Position numbers and translations under genes: made by a program | Assembly (NCBI GenBank): GCA_038063995.1 | Contig: JBBTUA010000003.1 | Span: 1-63,041 of the forward strand | Direction: 5' to 3' | Length of the DNA: 63,041 bases | Source of the DNA: Patescibacteria group bacterium | GTDB lineage: Bacteria > Patescibacteriota > Minisyncoccia > 2-02-FULL-40-12 | Shown: positions 26,726 through 35,567 of the stretch, piece by piece | How positions within the stretch are numbered: position 1 is the first letter of the stretch | Layout of the letters: each line of letters opens with the position of its first letter | The notes under the pieces: generated by a model | The model's database searches: none | Seen by the model: only the letters and a program-made list of their open reading frames with translations | Told to the model about the DNA's origin: nothing

Positions 26726-28852
26726 ATGTGGATTTGGCTTTTAGTTACATTAGGTGTTCCCCTTCTGCTTTTTATGTTTAAAATAGGCATAGTTTTAGCT
26801 TTTGCTGAAATCATTATTGGAATATCAGGAAATCTTATTAATCAAGCAATCTATGCGCAGGACTTTTTCTTAAATCCGGAACTGCTTCAAACTATTTGGG
26901 CTCTTATTCGTGATTTTATAAATATCTTTTTTATTCTTATTCTCTTGGTCATCGCTTTTGCCACGATTTTTAATAAACCGACAGAATATACGGCAAAACA
27001 ATTACTTTCAAAACTTATCATCGCAGCTCTTTTGATAAATTTCAGTTTAGTCATCGGACTTTGGGTTATAGATATTCTTTGGACTCCGGCACAAATTTTC
27101 TATAACCCCTTAAGCAAGATTGAATCTGACGGCCAAAGAACTCCAATAATCACCGAGAAACTGGGTCAAGTACTGAAAATACAAGAATTTTTTGGAATAG
27201 AAAATTTAAACCCGAAAGATTTAATAATAGAGAAAATGACACCCCTAGGCCTTGGGGGAGTTGTTAACTTTGTATCTAGCCCTATAGAAAATAGCCTCAC
27301 CTTAATAATAAAAGGTTTCCTGATTGTTTTAGAAGCATTTATTTATGCCTGGATAGCTTTGATTCTTTGGGTAAGAATCCCGGTGCTTCTGGGGCTCATG
27401 CTAGTTTCTCCAATTGCCTGGCTCGGATACACTGTTCCTAATATTAAAAAACAGACTTGGAGCGCCTGGTGGCAACACTTATTCTGCTGGGCCGCGATTC
27501 CAATGATTATTTTCGGCCTTATTTACTTTACGATTCTTTTAGGCAATCAATTATCGCTGAAAATAGAAAATTTAAAGAGCACGACTCAAGGATCATTTTT
27601 AATAAAAGAGGTTCCCTATTTAGGCCTTGAAACCGGTACATTTATGGTATGGCTGATTACTTTTGGCCTTTTGTGGGGAGGTATGATTTATGTAAGAAGT
27701 TTGTCCTGCGGTTTATATGGTTGGGCGGAAAAAGGACTGAAAAAAACATGGGGATGGGCTGGAAAAACGAGGGATTGGGCTTATACTGCTTCAGGAGCTA
27801 AAGCCCCGATTGAAAAAGTCCAAAAAGAATTCAAAGAAGGAGGAATCCCGATCGCAGGAAGAAGATTCTTAGGAACTGCCCAAAGAGAAGCACGCGAGAC
27901 AAGAATTGAAGATCGGCTTAGAGCCTGGGCCGGTTTGGGCCCGACCTTCGCGGCCCAGAAAAATCTTTTAGATTCCGCGGAAAAGCAAACTAAAGATGTC
28001 GAAAATAGAATTAAACAGGCCCGGAATACTGATGAGTTGAAAAAAATTACTGATGAACTTAAAGAGACGGCTAAAAAAGGAAAAACGGATCCAGAAACTC
28101 TAGCCACGATCAATACTTTGGCTAAAAGAGGTGAATTGGATGTCGATTTGTTCAACCAAGCGGTTAATAATTTCAAAAATATGCCTCTGGCTTTAAGCAA
28201 AGTGATGACCGAATGGAAAGAAGGAAAGTTTGGCGGTATAACTTTGGATCAATTTATAGAAAAAATGAGAGATGAAGAAGGAAAACTATCACTTGATGCA
28301 AGAAGAGTAATGTACAGCTTCGCCGCTTCTGATGATGGTAAAAAAGTAGCAGAAAAAATGGAATATGAAGATTTTGATAAAGGCATACAAATCGTAGGTC
28401 AGCATACGAAAGCCGGCAGAGATTTCACTAAATTCTGGGGCGATTCCAATCCGCTTTATGTAGCAAAATATAGATTTGATAATATAACCGACCCGATAAA
28501 ATCTGGATATAGCCAAGAAGATCTGCAAAAAATTCAATCCCTTCAGGATGCAATCAGGGAACAGATGAAAAAAGCAAGCGTTAAAAATATCGGAGATTAC
28601 TTTCCCAAGACTTGGGACGGCAGCGAAGATATTGATGGTATAAAAATGGGAGAACGATTTGAAGGCGCGCTAGCGGCGATATTAAGAGAAAAACAAAATA
28701 GAGGGACGGCTACACAATTCGTTTCCGAGTTAAGAAGGAAGTTGCGTCGCGAAGGAAAAGACAAACAATTAGAAGTACTGAATGGGGTTATGAGGGATAT
28801 AGGAATGCAAGCCCCTGAAGTTATATACCAAGGGGAACAAACAGAATTATAA
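26726..28852 (+). CDS. polytopic membrane protein, VirB6/TrbL/PrgH-like position
   Basis: 708 aa; N-terminal ~350 aa with many hydrophobic helices, C-terminal ~350 aa charged and coiled. Located just upstream of the PrgI-like and VirB4-like genes. Confidence 0.5.
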   Translation: MWIWLLVTLGVPLLLFMFKIGIVLAFAEIIIGISGNLINQAIYAQDFFLNPELLQTIWALIRDFINIFFILILLVIAFATIFNKPTEYTAKQLLSKLIIAALLINFSLVIGLWVIDILWTPAQIFYNPLSKIESDGQRTPIITEKLGQVLKIQEFFGIENLNPKDLIIEKMTPLGLGGVVNFVSSPIENSLTLIIKGFLIVLEAFIYAWIALILWVRIPVLLGLMLVSPIAWLGYTVPNIKKQTWSAWWQHLFCWAAIPMIIFGLIYFTILLGNQLSLKIENLKSTTQGSFLIKEVPYLGLETGTFMVWLITFGLLWGGMIYVRSLSCGLYGWAEKGLKKTWGWAGKTRDWAYTASGAKAPIEKVQKEFKEGGIPIAGRRFLGTAQREARETRIEDRLRAWAGLGPTFAAQKNLLDSAEKQTKDVENRIKQARNTDELKKITDELKETAKKGKTDPETLATINTLAKRGELDVDLFNQAVNNFKNMPLALSKVMTEWKEGKFGGITLDQFIEKMRDEEGKLSLDARRVMYSFAASDDGKKVAEKMEYEDFDKGIQIVGQHTKAGRDFTKFWGDSNPLYVAKYRFDNITDPIKSGYSQEDLQKIQSLQDAIREQMKKASVKNIGDYFPKTWDGSEDIDGIKMGERFEGALAAILREKQNRGTATQFVSELRRKLRREGKDKQLEVLNGVMRDIGMQAPEVIYQGEQTEL

Positions 28853-28854
28853 AA

Positions 28855-29292
28855 ATGCCGACAACAATATACGAGTATAAAACTTACAATCCATATGATG
28901 TTTATTTAAACAGCAAGGGTCGAGATCCAACAAAAAATCTTCCCGAAAAATTTCAGGATTTTATTTTTGATGCCACACCAGCGGATTTCATTAAAGACCA
29001 AATTTCTGCGCCTTTAATCTTGAATGAAAACCAATCCCAAGAATTGGCAAAAATTGTTTTAGAACTGATTTTGGCCGACATTTATCTAGGAAATATAGTC
29101 CAAGAAATTAAAAATCGGCTGAAAATAACCGACGACCAGAAAGCGAAAACCATCGCCGGTTTGATTGTGAATGGCTTATTCGCTCCGATTCTGGAAGAAT
29201 TAAAGAAGATGCACATAGAGAAGTTTGCAAAGAACCTGCCAAAAACACCGCAGCAGGACGATAGAATAATTGATTTAAAAAATAACGTATGA
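28855..29292 (+). CDS. hypothetical soluble protein (145 aa) in the T4SS-like operon
   Basis: ORF abutting both neighbours (2 nt gap upstream, 4 nt overlap downstream); no family recognised. Confidence 0.55.
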   Translation: MPTTIYEYKTYNPYDVYLNSKGRDPTKNLPEKFQDFIFDATPADFIKDQISAPLILNENQSQELAKIVLELILADIYLGNIVQEIKNRLKITDDQKAKTIAGLIVNGLFAPILEELKKMHIEKFAKNLPKTPQQDDRIIDLKNNV

Positions 29293-29570
29293 GATTCCAA
29301 GTTCCCCAATTCATTGAAACTGAAACAAAAATAGTCGGCCCCCTGACCTGGAAACAATTCATCTGGGTGGCTATCGGAGTTGGCCTTTTGCTTCTTTTGT
29401 TCCGAATTGCTTCGGGCACTGTTTTTGTGTTTCTTTCGATCATAGTCATTGCCGTTTTCGGCGGCTTGGCTTTCCTTAGAATAGAAAACCTGCCTTTGAT
29501 AGAATATCTATCAAGGGCTTTGGGTTTTGCTTTAGGACCCAAAAAATACTTATTTAAAAAAGGAGAGTAA
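29289..29570 (+). CDS. PrgI/VirB3-like small two-TM protein
   Basis: 93 aa; MRFQVPQFIETETKIVGPLTWKQFIW N-terminal motif followed by two TM helices; directly upstream of the VirB4-like genes. Confidence 0.6.
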   Translation: MRFQVPQFIETETKIVGPLTWKQFIWVAIGVGLLLLLFRIASGTVFVFLSIIVIAVFGGLAFLRIENLPLIEYLSRALGFALGPKKYLFKKGE

Positions 29571-29574
29571 TGAA

Positions 29575-30177
29575 ATGGCAAAAGCCGCAACAACCACGCA
29601 ATTTGTAGAAATAAAGGAGATCCGAGACGATGTTTTGATTTTAAAAGACGGCTCTTTGAGACAACTCATCAAAATCGGCTCGACAAACTTTGAATTAAAA
29701 TCCCAGGATGAGCAAGCCGCAATTCTTCAGGGTTTCCGAGATCTGCTCAATGCTTTGGATTTTTCTTTGGAAATTATGGTGATGTCGAGAAAACTGAATA
29801 TTAACAAATATCTCGAATTTCTGGACGAAGTGGCTGAATCACAGCAAAACGAACTAATGAGGATCCAGGCCATTGAATATTCCAGATTCGTAAAAGAATT
29901 GACCCAGCTGGCTAACATTATGTCAAAGGATTTTTTCGTGGTTGTTCCATTTTATTTAGGCCCCCGAACAAAAGGAGGTATCAGGGAAATTTTTAAAAAT
30001 ATTTTTAAGCCGGGCCGAATTATCAGCCAATTGACGCCGGAAGAATTTGAATCGTATAAATCCCAGCTCAATCAAAGAGTTTCTCTGATTTATGAAAATC
30101 TGGCCGGCCTCGGACTTGGGGCAAGAATTTTAAAACAAGACGAGCTATTGAGTCTTTATCAACGGCTCTACGATTAA
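29575..30177 (+). CDS. VirB4-like N-terminal domain protein (separate ORF)
   Basis: 200 aa; pattern V.I..I.D..L..KDGS....I......F.LKS..EQ..I...F...LN.L.F...I resembles the N-terminus of VirB4/PrgJ-type ATPases. TAA stop immediately followed by the ATG of the next ORF. Confidence 0.5.
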   Translation: MAKAATTTQFVEIKEIRDDVLILKDGSLRQLIKIGSTNFELKSQDEQAAILQGFRDLLNALDFSLEIMVMSRKLNINKYLEFLDEVAESQQNELMRIQAIEYSRFVKELTQLANIMSKDFFVVVPFYLGPRTKGGIREIFKNIFKPGRIISQLTPEEFESYKSQLNQRVSLIYENLAGLGLGARILKQDELLSLYQRLYD

Positions 30178-31935
30178 ATGGACGAACAAAAAAACCAAAC
30201 CATAGACGAAATTCTGGCCCCTTCGGCAATAAGCGTTGCTTCAAACTACATTCAAGTGGGCGAGAAGCTTTCGAAAACTCTTTTTATTTCCGGCTATCCA
30301 AGATACCTGAATTCGAATTGGTTTTCGCCGGTGATAAATTTGGATCAGGAGTTAAATATCTCCTTTTACATCCATCCCGAGGATACGGTTAATATTTTAA
30401 GGAAATTAAGAGACAGGTTGGCCAAGCTTCAGGCCCAGGCAATCGAGGAACAGGAAAAAGGCAAAGTCCGCGACCCGGTTCTGGAAACAGCCATAAACGA
30501 TATCGAAATTCTGCGCGACAAGCTCCAGCTTGGAACCGACCGTTTTTTCAGATTCGGCCTTTATGTAACGATCTTGGGGAAAGACCAAAAAGAACTCGAT
30601 GAGACAGAAAAGATAATCAAGAACTCTTTGGAATCACAGCTGATTACGGTTAAACCGGCTACTTTCCAAATGAAAGAAGGATTTACATCTTCCTTGCCTC
30701 TGGGCAAAGATGAACTGGGAATCTCTTCACCCTTGAATACGGAACCGATTTCCTCAAGCTTCCCGTTTGTCTCGTATGATCTAACCCAAGATCAGGGTCT
30801 CCTTTACGGCATTAATATGCACAATAACTCTCTTATTCTGTTTGACCGGTTTAGCCTCGAAAATGCGAATCAGGTAGTTTTTGGAACGAGCGGCGGAGGC
30901 AAATCCTACACCGTTAAGCTGGAAATTCTCCGCTCTATTCTTTTCGGGACGCAGATTTTTGTTATAGACCCGGAGCACGAATACAAGCACGTGGCCGAAA
31001 CCCTCGGGGGCTCTTTTATAAAAATATCTATCGCCTCTGACAGCCATATCAATCCGTTTGACCTACCCAATCCCCGCGAAGACGAAAGTCCGGAAAATGT
31101 TTTTAGAAGCCACACTCTGGACTTGACCGGATTGATGAAAATAATGCTTGGGGAAATGACTCCTGAAGAAGAATCTATTCTTGACGAAGCCTTGATCCAA
31201 ACTTACGCCGCAAAAGATATTTATCCGGATAGGGATTTTTCTCAAAAAGAACCTCCTTTGATGAGCGACTTGCAAAATATCCTTGAGAGCATGACCGGAG
31301 CCCAGTCTTTAGCCACAAGGCTTAGAAAATATACTGAAGGGACTTTTGCCGGATTCCTCAATCAGCCGACTAATGTAATGCTTGATAACCAGCTGGTTGT
31401 ATTCTCAATCAGAGATATGGAAGACGAATTAAAACCCATAGCAATGTATCTGGTTTTGAATTTCGTCTGGACAAAAATCAGAAAAGAATTGAGAAAAAGG
31501 CTTTTAGTCGTAGATGAAGCCTGGTGGCTTTTAAAAAACGAAGCCGGCGCAAATTTCCTTTTGAATACGGCTAAAAGAGCCAGGAAATATTTCTTGGGCC
31601 TCACAACTATTTCCCAAGACGTCCCCGATTTCATAAATTCTCCTTACGGCAAACCCATTGTGACGAACTCGGCTTTGCAGCTTTTAACGAAGCAGAGCCC
31701 TGCCGGGATCGAAACAGTGAAAGAAACATTCAATCTTACCGAAGCCGAAAAAATAACTTTGCTGGCATCCCGAGTGGGGCACGGACTCTTTTTTGCCGGG
31801 CCAAACCACGTCGCCATTAAAGTGGTGGCTTCCTATACCGAAGACCAGATAATCACCTCTGACCCAAGACAGATACTGGAAATTAAGGAAGCGAAAAGAG
31901 CCTGGCTGAAAGATAATAGCGAATCGCATGCCTGA
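30178..31935 (+). CDS. VirB4/TrbE/PrgJ-like type IV secretion ATPase (C-terminal ATPase part)
   Basis: Walker A FGTSGGGKSYTV, Walker B LLVVDEAWWLL, GYPRYL motif near the N-terminus, ISQ sensor-like motif. Confidence 0.8.
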   Translation: MDEQKNQTIDEILAPSAISVASNYIQVGEKLSKTLFISGYPRYLNSNWFSPVINLDQELNISFYIHPEDTVNILRKLRDRLAKLQAQAIEEQEKGKVRDPVLETAINDIEILRDKLQLGTDRFFRFGLYVTILGKDQKELDETEKIIKNSLESQLITVKPATFQMKEGFTSSLPLGKDELGISSPLNTEPISSSFPFVSYDLTQDQGLLYGINMHNNSLILFDRFSLENANQVVFGTSGGGKSYTVKLEILRSILFGTQIFVIDPEHEYKHVAETLGGSFIKISIASDSHINPFDLPNPREDESPENVFRSHTLDLTGLMKIMLGEMTPEEESILDEALIQTYAAKDIYPDRDFSQKEPPLMSDLQNILESMTGAQSLATRLRKYTEGTFAGFLNQPTNVMLDNQLVVFSIRDMEDELKPIAMYLVLNFVWTKIRKELRKRLLVVDEAWWLLKNEAGANFLLNTAKRARKYFLGLTTISQDVPDFINSPYGKPIVTNSALQLLTKQSPAGIETVKETFNLTEAEKITLLASRVGHGLFFAGPNHVAIKVVASYTEDQIITSDPRQILEIKEAKRAWLKDNSESHA

Positions 31936-32380
31936 TATTAGAAAAAATCTCATTATAATTTGTTTTCTTTTAGTCGGGTTAGTCCTGATTCTTGTTTATC
32001 TTAACTTTAATACTCCCAGAAAAACCCAATCAGCCCAAATATTGGATAGCACTCCTGAACTAAAAGCTCTGCCTGAAAAAGAAACGGTAAAAGATGAATT
32101 TCTTAAAAACTTTGAGGAAGCGGTTTTTTCTCCAGACAGAAGAAAAATAGCTTACTTAAATCAAGGAGCTATTTACATATCTAATCCTGACGGCTCTGAA
32201 TCAAAAGAAATTCTAAAAACCAGAATAAAAAACCTGGAACTATTATGGCCGAAGCCAGAATTTCTTGTTTTAAAATCCGGAGAAAACGGCGGCCAAACAA
32301 TATTTTTAATAAATCTTGAAGACGGTAGCCTGAAAAAATTAGACGAACAAACTGGTTTTCCTGTAGAGAACCGAGAATAA
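31928..32380 (+). CDS. single-pass membrane protein, unknown function
   Basis: 150 aa; N-terminal TM helix, and an extracytoplasmic segment with a TolB/beta-propeller-blade-like SPDRRKIAYLNQGAIYISNPDGS. Overlaps the previous ORF by 8 nt. Confidence 0.55.
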   Translation: MPDIRKNLIIICFLLVGLVLILVYLNFNTPRKTQSAQILDSTPELKALPEKETVKDEFLKNFEEAVFSPDRRKIAYLNQGAIYISNPDGSESKEILKTRIKNLELLWPKPEFLVLKSGENGGQTIFLINLEDGSLKKLDEQTGFPVENRE

Positions 32381-33568
32381 GGCAATCGTAACCAAAATTT
32401 CAGTAACTAAAGTGGTGAAAGAAGCGCCGATATAAGAATATCTTGGGATTACCAAGAGATTGGCAAAAATGTTTAAGGCCGCTCCGGAAAGATAGATCCA
32501 CATCCCGAATTTTTGAAGCTCCAAAGCGATTAAAGCTTTCCCTGCCAAGTTATTCAAAAAAACCATACCAACGACAACAGCCAGAATTTTCAAAGGCAAG
32601 GCTGAATCCGCAAAACCCTGCCCTCCAAGAAGCAAAACAATCAGATCGGCAAAAACAATTAACCCGATAACAACCGGAATGGCCATTAAAAAAAGAAGCT
32701 TGAATGTTTTTTTAAATGCCCTATTAAAATCGTCCGCCTTTTTAAAAGCAAATTGAGAAAGCGAAGGCATAGACAATTCAACCAGCAGAGCCGGGAAAAA
32801 AATCAGTGTTTCGATAAGCTTGGCGGCCAGCCTGTATATCCCGACGTCAGAAACCGGCTTCATAAAAGAGAGCATTATGGCGTCGGTCCTAATGTAGATT
32901 GCGGTGAAAAGAATAGACAAGGCGACGGGCAGGGAACTTTTTAAGATTTTCCCGGCATAGGAAAAATCCAAACCGAGCCTGAATCGAATAAAACGGCGCG
33001 AGAAATAAAATACTAAAACGAATTGGACTCCGGCGGTTAAGGCGAGAACCCAAACAAAGGCCAAAAGATCAAAACCTGCTTTGACTCCGTAAAATACAAG
33101 ACCAAGCTGAATAAGTCTGGTCAGAACGTCTGAAAAGGAAACAAGGTAAAAAGTGCTGTATTTTTGGAATATGCCGCCTAGCACTTGGCTCAAAGACGAG
33201 AAAAATACAAACAAGGAAGCGACAATGATTCCGGTTTTTATTTCAGAAGAATACGGCAGGAAAAGAGACAAAGCTATAGCCAGTAAAACTACCAGCCCAA
33301 GCAAGATCAGCCTAAGAGTAAAGATATTCCCTGAAATAAATTCCTCTTTTTCAGGATGACGGGAAATCTCTCTAACATGAATAATATGAAGCCCGAAATC
33401 GGCTAAGATCGTAAAAATAAATAAATACGAGAGTATTGTCTCGTAAGCGCCGAAGCCCTCTTGCCCCAGATGCCTGGTTAAAAAACCTATGACGGCTAGG
33501 CCGATAAAAGCCGTTATTACTCTTGAAACCGAGGCGGCAAAAAAATTTTTGTAGATTGAGGTATTCAA
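32339..33568 (-). CDS. MOP-superfamily polysaccharide/lipid flippase (Wzx/MurJ-like)
   Basis: 409 aa; ~12 hydrophobic helices with typical polysaccharide biosynthesis protein layout. Confidence 0.7.
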   Translation of the reverse strand: MNTSIYKNFFAASVSRVITAFIGLAVIGFLTRHLGQEGFGAYETILSYLFIFTILADFGLHIIHVREISRHPEKEEFISGNIFTLRLILLGLVVLLAIALSLFLPYSSEIKTGIIVASLFVFFSSLSQVLGGIFQKYSTFYLVSFSDVLTRLIQLGLVFYGVKAGFDLLAFVWVLALTAGVQFVLVFYFSRRFIRFRLGLDFSYAGKILKSSLPVALSILFTAIYIRTDAIMLSFMKPVSDVGIYRLAAKLIETLIFFPALLVELSMPSLSQFAFKKADDFNRAFKKTFKLLFLMAIPVVIGLIVFADLIVLLLGGQGFADSALPLKILAVVVGMVFLNNLAGKALIALELQKFGMWIYLSGAALNIFANLLVIPRYSYIGASFTTLVTEILVTIALFSVLYRKTSLFV

Positions 33569-34047
33569 ATAGGCCTTATCATTACCCTTCTCCTCGGCTC
33601 TTCGCCGATGCTTTCAGTTTTGATATCCGGCCAGGAAGAAAGTTCCAGATGCACAAGCCTTCTTTCATAAGCAGACATTGGTCTTAGAGTAAATGACTTT
33701 TGAGTAGTCTGAACTTTTTCAGCCACCAGTCTTGCCAGCTCGGATATACGGCCATTCCTCTTCTCCAGAAAATTATTTAAATCCAAAATTAAACCAACTC
33801 TTTGATCCAAATCTTTTAAAGCGGTGAGCCTTACAAGATGCTCCAAGGCCTTCAGGTTTCTTCCTTTCTCATCTAAAAGCAGGGAGCAATCATCATTTGA
33901 ATTTATTTTCGCTATATAAACGTCTTGACCTTCTAAATTAGAGTTTCTTTGAATACTTATTTCGTCAAAACTAAAACCGGCTTTTTTAAAAAGGTTTTCA
34001 ATCGCGCTTCGAATCAAGTTTTCTATCTGATTCTCCTGATTTTCCAT
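33565..34047 (-). CDS. jag: Jag/SpoIIIJ-associated KH-R3H RNA-binding protein
   Basis: C-terminal R3H motif (ERRLVHLELS) and a position downstream of yidC. Confidence 0.8.
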   Translation of the reverse strand: MENQENQIENLIRSAIENLFKKAGFSFDEISIQRNSNLEGQDVYIAKINSNDDCSLLLDEKGRNLKALEHLVRLTALKDLDQRVGLILDLNNFLEKRNGRISELARLVAEKVQTTQKSFTLRPMSAYERRLVHLELSSWPDIKTESIGEEPRRRVMIRPI

Positions 34048-34705
34048 AAATCTTGTTAATATAGACCTGCTCCAGAATGGAAAAAACCGTTGTGGTTATC
34101 CAGTAAAGCGGCAGGCCGGCAGGAAAACTAATCGAAATTATTATAGTGATTAAAGGGAAAAAGTACAACATCTGCTGATTCATCGCGCTAAAAGGGCTGG
34201 AATTTGGGCTTTTTTTCTCTAGAATTTGGCCTTTTTGCGATGAGATATTTGTCTTGGCCTGGAAAAATTGGGTTATCCCGGCAACCAAAGCTAGCGGGAT
34301 ATTTCTTTTGGTCAAATCTATAAAACCCAATGAAATAGGATCAGCCTGAAATCCGGCAGTAGAAACCTGATATAAGGCTATAAGTATTGGGAGCTGGATC
34401 AAAAGAGGCAAGCAGCCTGAAAACGGATTAACTTTATTCTCGCGGTAAAGTTCCATTGTTTTTTGGGCTTGTTTCTGCGGGTCTGCTTTATATTTTTCCT
34501 GAATTTCTTTTATTTTGGGCTGAAGTTCGGCCAAGGCTTTTTGCGATTTAATCGTCTTTATCGAAAGAGGACTTAGGATAAACCTGATAATCAAGGTCAA
34601 TAAAATTATGGCGATTCCAAAATCGTTAAAAGCGGCAGTACTATATAAAAAAACAAGAAAATTAAATAAGGGAGTGAAAAAAAATGTATTAAACAGCCCG
34701 CTCAT
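33998..34705 (-). CDS. yidC: membrane protein insertase YidC (short form)
   Basis: PL.IK..KSQ.A...LQP...EIQ.KYK.D.Q......M.LY.....NP..GCLP.LIQ.PI..ALY. Confidence 0.92.
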   Translation of the reverse strand: MSGLFNTFFFTPLFNFLVFLYSTAAFNDFGIAIILLTLIIRFILSPLSIKTIKSQKALAELQPKIKEIQEKYKADPQKQAQKTMELYRENKVNPFSGCLPLLIQLPILIALYQVSTAGFQADPISLGFIDLTKRNIPLALVAGITQFFQAKTNISSQKGQILEKKSPNSSPFSAMNQQMLYFFPLITIIISISFPAGLPLYWITTTVFSILEQVYINKIYGKSGESDRKLDSKRD

Positions 34706-34932
34706 AGAAAATCAACGCCCCCGGCTGACCAAGGGCCGCATCTTAAGATTCTGAAAAAAGATTTCCAAAGCCCTTTTGCAAGGCCGTATTTATTTATAGC
34801 CCGGATAGAATATTCAGAACAAGACGGGTAAAAACGGCAGCTATTCAAAAGACTAAAAAAACGACCCGGCTGATGATCGGGTGAGATGGTTTTTTGATAT
34901 AAACTTATGAATTGAATGACAATCTCTTTCAT
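34702..34932 (-). CDS. yidD: membrane protein insertion efficiency factor YidD
   Basis: YQ..ISP.....CRF.PSCS.Y...A....G...G.......RI.RC.P. Confidence 0.9.
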   Translation of the reverse strand: MKEIVIQFISLYQKTISPDHQPGRFFSLLNSCRFYPSCSEYSIRAINKYGLAKGLWKSFFRILRCGPWSAGGVDFL

Positions 34933-35264
34933 TTAAGCTTGCCTAAATCTTTCAAAAGGTTGGTTTTCAAAGAATTTTTATCCAAGATCAGAGCCTTTTC
35001 TTTTGCTATGACCAAAATCACAAAACCTGGCTTTACCCGGGAAATATTAATTCTTATTATTTCCGAAATTCTCCTTTTTATTTTATTGCGTGAAGCCGCA
35101 TTTTTAAAATTCTTTGCTCTGGCTATTACCGCAAACTTGCTTTGATTATTTTCTGAAAAATTGAACTTGATTTGAAAAAATTCAGAATTAATGCTGCGGC
35201 CGTATCGAAAAATCTTCCGAATCTCCCGCTCGTCAGATAATCTAAATTTTCGGCTCAAGGCCAT
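34929..35264 (-). CDS. rnpA: ribonuclease P protein component
   Basis: 111 aa basic protein between rpmH and yidD; A..RN..KR..RE motif. Confidence 0.85.
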   Translation of the reverse strand: MALSRKFRLSDEREIRKIFRYGRSINSEFFQIKFNFSENNQSKFAVIARAKNFKNAASRNKIKRRISEIIRINISRVKPGFVILVIAKEKALILDKNSLKTNLLKDLGKLK

Positions 35265-35407
35265 TAAAGTGCCAGTCTTTTTCTATTTTTCCTCCTCCTT
35301 CTCTTTAAGACGTTTCTTCCAGCCCGGGTTTGTCTTCTTTTTCTAAAACCGTGCTTTCTTTTTCTTTTTTTCTTGGAAGGATGAAAAGTTAAGGCTTTTG
35401 ATTGCAT
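35264..35407 (-). CDS. rpmH: 50S ribosomal protein L34
   Basis: Hand-translated 47 aa MQSKALTFHPSKKKRKRKHGFRKRRQTRAGRNVLKRRRRKNRKRLAL. The TAATG overlap joins its stop to the rnpA start. Confidence 0.85.
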   Translation of the reverse strand: MQSKALTFHPSKKKRKRKHGFRKRRQTRAGRNVLKRRRRKNRKRLAL

Positions 35408-35567
35408 AGTTTTTAGATTAACCTTTTTCTTTTGTCTGGTCAATTGTCTGGTTTGACAAACAAGAATACAATATGTTTGTTAATCAACCTGATATTAACA
35501 AATTTTCAACTTAACTAAATTTGTTATTTAAGCAATCAATAAAATAGAATTATTAAGCAAAGCGAAA
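35408..35567. other. rpmH-dnaA intergenic region, candidate part of oriC / dnaA promoter
   Basis: Canonical rpmH/dnaA divergent arrangement; tandem ttgtctggt repeats and inverted taacaaattt/aaatttgtta. I found no perfect TTATCCACA box. Confidence 0.35.
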
